64,000 bases of DNA from the human T2T-CHM13v2.0 reference genome, Homo sapiens. Below the pieces are notes generated by a model. The model searched no databases. It had not been told where the DNA came from and worked only from the letters and a program-made list of their open reading frames with translations. Positions 59,150 to 64,000 of the stretch are shown here, piece after piece. Position numbers and translations under genes: made by a program. The stretch is taken from assembly GCF_009914755.1 (NCBI RefSeq), contig NC_060931.1. The stretch is one strand, 5' to 3'. Each line of letters starts with the position of its first letter. The stretch's first letter is position 1.

Positions 59150-59615
59150 ATATTTTTGCCAATTGAATTGGAAAACAATTTTAAAGACTGATAAATCCAG
59201 AACTAATAAGGATCCCCAGGGTGCAGAGAAATTCTGCTTCACTGCTGATGGCCATGTGAATTACCACAACCTTTCTGAAAAGTAATATGGCAAGGTCCAT
59301 TACTATTTAAAGGTGAAGATACCTTTTGAATCAGTAATCTCAAGTTCAGGGATTTTTCATAAAAATTAAAGGCAGAATACCTAAGTATTTATGTACAAGG
59401 TTGTTTATTGCTGTTAGTAATGGCACAAAACTAAAAACAACCTGCTCATCAATAGAGAAATGATTAAATAAAACATGATACATTCATATTATGGAATATT
59501 ATACAACTATTAAAAGGAATGGATTACATCTACAGGTATTGACATCAAGGCAATGTCTATAATACACTGTATAAAAAGAAGCAAGTTACAGAATATGTGT
59601 ATGGTATTCCAGTTT
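59150..59615 (+). mobile_element. L1ME-type fragment
   Basis: CACTGCTGATGGCCATGTGAATT...CAACCTTTCTGAAAAGTAATATGGCAA...ATGGAATATTATACAACTATTAAAAGGAATG. Confidence 0.7.
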
Positions 59616-59616
59616 A

Positions 59617-59766
59617 GGAGAGAAGAAAGGGAGGGAGAAAGAGTAAAGAAGGGAGGAAAGGAGGTGAGGAGGAAAGAGAGAGAAAAGAGGGGAAGGAAAC
59701 AAAAGGCAGAGAGACAGAGAAAGAGACAGAAAGGGAGAAAGAGCAAGAAAGAGGTAAGGGTGGGGA
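59617..59766. repeat. GA-rich low-complexity polypurine tract
   Basis: About 150 bp of almost pure purines on the + strand. Confidence 0.9.
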
Positions 59767-60731
59767 ATATGCAAAAATGTATGTATGTGTCTATCTTCAT
59801 ATTAAAATAAAGAAGGACTACTATGCTGCAGATGATTTTAACACTTGCTACACAAAGACATGAGGCTGAAGGAGGGAAGATGAAGTTATTATTAAATTTT
59901 CTTTATTTACTTCCGTAGGGTTCTATTTGGTATAGAGAGAATGAATTACTATTGCTGCCCGCCATCATTTAAAAAAAATAGCTTAATGAAAAAGATAGGT
60001 TGATGTCAACTATACAGGGGCCTCAAGCTACTTAAGAGAAAACCGATTTTTAGTTCATGAAAATTTGAGATGAATGGGGGTTGGGAGGAAGGCAGGAAGG
60101 GTAATGTTTACTGAAAGTGTATTTCTGAATGACAGTGGAGACAAACAGGTGCTTTCCTTCCTAACCGGGAATCCCAGCATAATTTAGACATGAAAATGCC
60201 CAGAAGGCCTGGCAATTGAGCCTTTAATTTCTACCTGTAAATTGCAATTTATATGTTGGGGATGGCTCTATTGAGAAACCAAAGACTATGTAAGAACATA
60301 TTGTTTTCGGCCCTAGACTAGGGCACTCAATTTGTTTTGGTCAAATGAATTGCGGGAATAACTAAATCTCACTGTTGTTCCAGCAAAGGCCTTGGATTAA
60401 GATATGCATTTAACATCATAGGTAGAAATAGTAGTTAGAATTTGTAATAGACTAGTTTTTAGCTTCCTAAATAATCATATTCAGTCAGTAGTTATCTGGG
60501 CCTTTGATCCTATATTCCTGAAGAATTTTTTAGCATGCACACCACATAAATACACATTTATCTATAAATAATATACATGTTCTACTATTAAGCAATATTT
60601 TGACTTAATGCTTTATGAACATAAATAGAAGTAGACGTTTTATTATATTGTATTTATGCATCTTCAATGGTTTGTCCTTTGCGTTTCTTGTGATGTGTGC
60701 ACTCTTCTTTGGGGTCTACAGTTTTATAGGT

Positions 60732-61113
60732 TGCTATGGTTTGAATGTGTTCCCCGAATTTCATGTGTTAGAAACTTAATCCAGTATGGCAGTACTGAAA
60801 GATGGGGGCCTTAAAAAGGTAACTGGATAATGAGGGCTCTACTCTCATGAATGGACTAATCTATTCATGGTTAATGGATTAATGGCATATCATAGGAGTG
60901 GAACTGGTGGCTTTATAAGATAAAGACCCGAATGAGGACGTGAGCATGCTCAGCCCCCAAGCCATATGATCAGCAAGAAGGCCTTAACCAGATGTGACAA
61001 CTCAACCTTGGCCTTCTCAGCCTTCATAACTATAATAAATAAATTCCCTTTTAAAAAATTAATTACCCAGTTTCAGGTATTCTGCTATAAGCAACAGAAA
61101 ACAAACTAATAAA
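60732..61113 (+). mobile_element. MST (B/D-like) MaLR solo LTR
   Basis: TGCTATGGTTTGAATGTGTTCCCC...TTACCCAGTTTCAGGTATTCTGCTATAAGCAACAGAAAACAAACTAA. TSD TAGGT/CAGGT. Confidence 0.88.
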
Positions 61114-62209
61114 CAGGTCCTAAGACTTTATTTACTGAGTCCAGTTATATGTTCTAATATATACATGGAACAGTTAATTTATTTGAGTCAGGAAAAATAT
61201 ATCATAAGGATGATCTCTGACTGCCATTCAGCTGTTGATCTTAATGTAGCCTTAAATGTTTTAAGATCTAGTGATTTTGTTTTCCATGAATATTCAACAC
61301 TTTAGATCTAGTAGATGTTCTTATTAATATGATAATAACAGCATACTTAATATCACCGCATTCTCCAGAAATCAGGGATATGTTAGTTTAACAACAAATT
61401 TCAGTGCTATTGTTTGACCCTTAAATTTCTTCATTTGAACCATCTTAATATATGAAAATACAGACTTAAGAAAAAATTAGACGATGATTCACAGTGAAAA
61501 TTTTCTATTGTTACATGAAGGACAGACCTTGGAATATCTTTAAAAAACTAATTCCATTCGCTATTAGCAAAATTATGCCAAATATGTATTAGTTATGAAT
61601 GAACATTAGTAGAAACATCAAATGAACAAATGATATTCATTAGGATTTGTAAACACTCCTTGGATAATAAAAAAAAAGTCTATTAGGATAATTCAGGCTG
61701 TGCTAAAAGGCTAATTCATTTTCAACTTAGGTTAATACAAATGCCATTCTTTCTTGACCTAGGTATAGATATATCAGAAATCATTTTTATGACAAAAGAG
61801 GTCCTTACAAGAGAATGTTGAGTATGTAGTCCTTAACAACTGCCTCCTCCTACAGCTGTACCTTTACCCCAAGCACTCAGTATATATATATGAATATTCC
61901 AGATTATTGATTTGAGACAGTGCAATGAAGTTTATTTAAGCACATAAATGCTTAAACGTGTGCACATATATTTTAATTAATATTAAACACATGAATGGAT
62001 AATGAGGGCTATGTATGTGTTCCTATATTAAGCAGATATATCTACCAACCTATACCTGTTATGAATAGATAACAGCTATATATGATATCTATTCATATTA
62101 ATCAATTAAATAATTAATTGATTAATAGCTGCTTATATTAATTAAGCAGATATATTTTAGTAAATTAGAACATTTAAAGACTATCATTGTTTCATTCATA
62201 TAGTATCAA

Positions 62210-62706
62210 CTAAGCTGATATACTCTGCTTGCACACATCCCTCCCTCCCATGGTTCTATCCACTGTTTCTCCTTCCTTCTCAGTGCTCCTGGATGAGTCT
62301 TTGATGGGCTACACTGACAGACTTCTCTAGTGTCTGGCTTTTGTTTGGAATTAGCCAGCAGAGGGCCAATGAGAAGAAAACGGCAGAACATAGAGAATGA
62401 GATTCCCTTTCTGTTGGGCTACAGTTTGGCAGAAGTCCAGGTTCCTTGAACGGTCACAGCTGCTGCTAGAAGTTCCCTCCTATAGCTACAACCTCAACTG
62501 AAGCTCTTTGTAGGTCCTGGTAGTATCTCCCCACTTTCACCCTCAGACATAGGAGCGGTAATAGCTCCTACTATTGCTAGCCCAGGAGTGCTTCGCCATC
62601 CCGGTTTTCTGTTATCCTTTTTCATACCTTTGTAAATAGTTTCCTATCTACAATTCCACCAAATTGAATGTGCCATCGATTTCCTTCTGGAATCCTGACC
62701 CATATG
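62210..62706 (+). mobile_element. LTR33-like ERVL LTR
   Basis: Ends CACCTTTGTAAATAG-like...TTGAATGTGCCATCGATTTCCTTCTGGAATCCTGACCCATA, resembling the LTR33 terminus. Confidence 0.65.
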
Positions 62707-63497
62707 CTTATACACAGATGATCTATTAAGGCTCTATAACATATAAAAATAAACAAATTAGAAATTGATTCTGCTTTCAAACAGTTTACAATCTGGAAAA
62801 GGAAATACATGTGGTTTAACCGATATCATTGGTTAATGTCTGCTTAGCTAAAATTGAGAAGGTGATAGTACTGTCACATAAATGCAGAGGGTGGGGTGGA
62901 AAAAGGTAGAAAATTACATGGAATAACTTGTTCTCTACATGCTGACTTGAAATAACTTATTTACATATGATAGTATGAAAGTGTATTTAGAAACATTTTA
63001 ACAAGATTTTAGAATATCTACCTTCCTATAATTTGTGTATATGTAACATATTTGAAAGGGCAATTAAAAATTACATGCCCTTGCTCCTAATGATTGTATC
63101 ACATATATACTCATTTTATGAAAAACTTTTGTCTCTTTTCTATATAATATTTGTTTTTTTAACTTCTATATACAAACTCTCAAGTACAAAAATGTTATTT
63201 CATAGAATATTTTAAGCTCTCTATTCTTAATGGAACTATTAATTATACATTTTGGCAATTTGGTAGGGATAAACTCAATTTTGGTAGTAATATAACAAAC
63301 CATGAGCTGGATTCTAATAGTGAGAAGGCACTAGGGTTTCATAAAAGGATACTAGTTAATGGTGTTTATTTAATTCAAGGGGCCATTCAATAAACTTGAA
63401 AAAGCACTTTTCAAGTTTTACATGAATAGTTAAATTTAGATTTTCAAGCCCTACTGGTATATCAGATGAATTAACAAATGTATAACACACGGTTTCC

Positions 63498-63620
63498 TTT
63501 TTTCCTTTTTTATTGTATACATTTAAGGTGCACAACATTATGTTTTGATATATATATACCCATAGTGAAATGATTACTATAGGTAAGCAATTTAACATAT
63601 CCATCATCTCACATAGTATC
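63498..63620 (-). mobile_element. L1MA-type 3' end fragment
   Basis: TTTTTATTGTATACATTTAAGGTGCACAAC...GTGAAATGATTACTATAG...TAACATATCCATCATCTCACATAGT. Confidence 0.85.
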
Positions 63621-64000
63621 CTTTTAAAAATAGAACCTTTACTTCAAAACATTTAATACAATTAAATGTTTTAATATGATGAGATGGATATAAACAACAG
63701 ATGAGACCAAAAAAGGACATGATTCTTGTCTTTAAAATATTTAATGAAAAATCTATGCACGAAAATTAATGATAGATGACAAAGTAGAATCATTTCTCTA
63801 TAGATGTTTATTTTTAGATAACTAATAAGGCTAATCTAGAATCATTTAGTTTAATTAGAGTTTAACAAATATTCCCACATGAATATGTTCATGCTTGCTT
63901 CACAGCTTCCTCACTTTCTTTTATCATAATAGATATGTCATTCACACTGCATTTCAGATCAAATTTTACATGACTTCAATAGATACATTATAGAATTAAC

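Noticed and set aside
59510-59810. Lys/Arg/Glu-rich and Phe/Leu/Ser-rich ORFs
   Set aside because: They are artefacts of the GA-rich low-complexity tract.
61990-62010. TGGATAATGAGGGCT shared with the MST LTR at about 60824
   Set aside because: A single 15-bp match is too short to distinguish a templated copy from chance.

Overview
AT-rich, CpG-poor anthropoid primate genomic DNA, probably hominoid or human given AluS/J, THE1, MER85 and an L1PA3-like copy. I find no intact protein-coding gene, RNA gene, CRISPR array or CpG island. Every long ORF in the track is a broken LINE-1 ORF2 piece or an Alu/LTR/low-complexity artefact. The window is a mosaic of old repeats (L2, MIR, L1M, MaLR/ERVL LTRs, hAT elements) and younger ones (two L1PA copies, several Alus, THE1A/C, a piggyBac MER85). 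Repeat orientation and several strong minus-strand splice donors suggest intron(s) of a large minus-strand gene that I cannot name. The best findings are: (1) two neighbouring L1PA copies of different subfamily age share six private substitutions in patches, suggesting ectopic gene conversion; (2) a twin-primed inverted L1 with readable junctions; (3) a four-level nested insertion containing an old L1PB 3' transduction and an inverted L1MC; (4) three local template-switch scars and two pairs of diverged direct repeats; (5) motif-dense enhancer candidates and candidate first exons or microexons. I do not see evidence for a new biological system. Subfamily names come from my memory of consensus sequences, and boundaries of old repeats are approximate.
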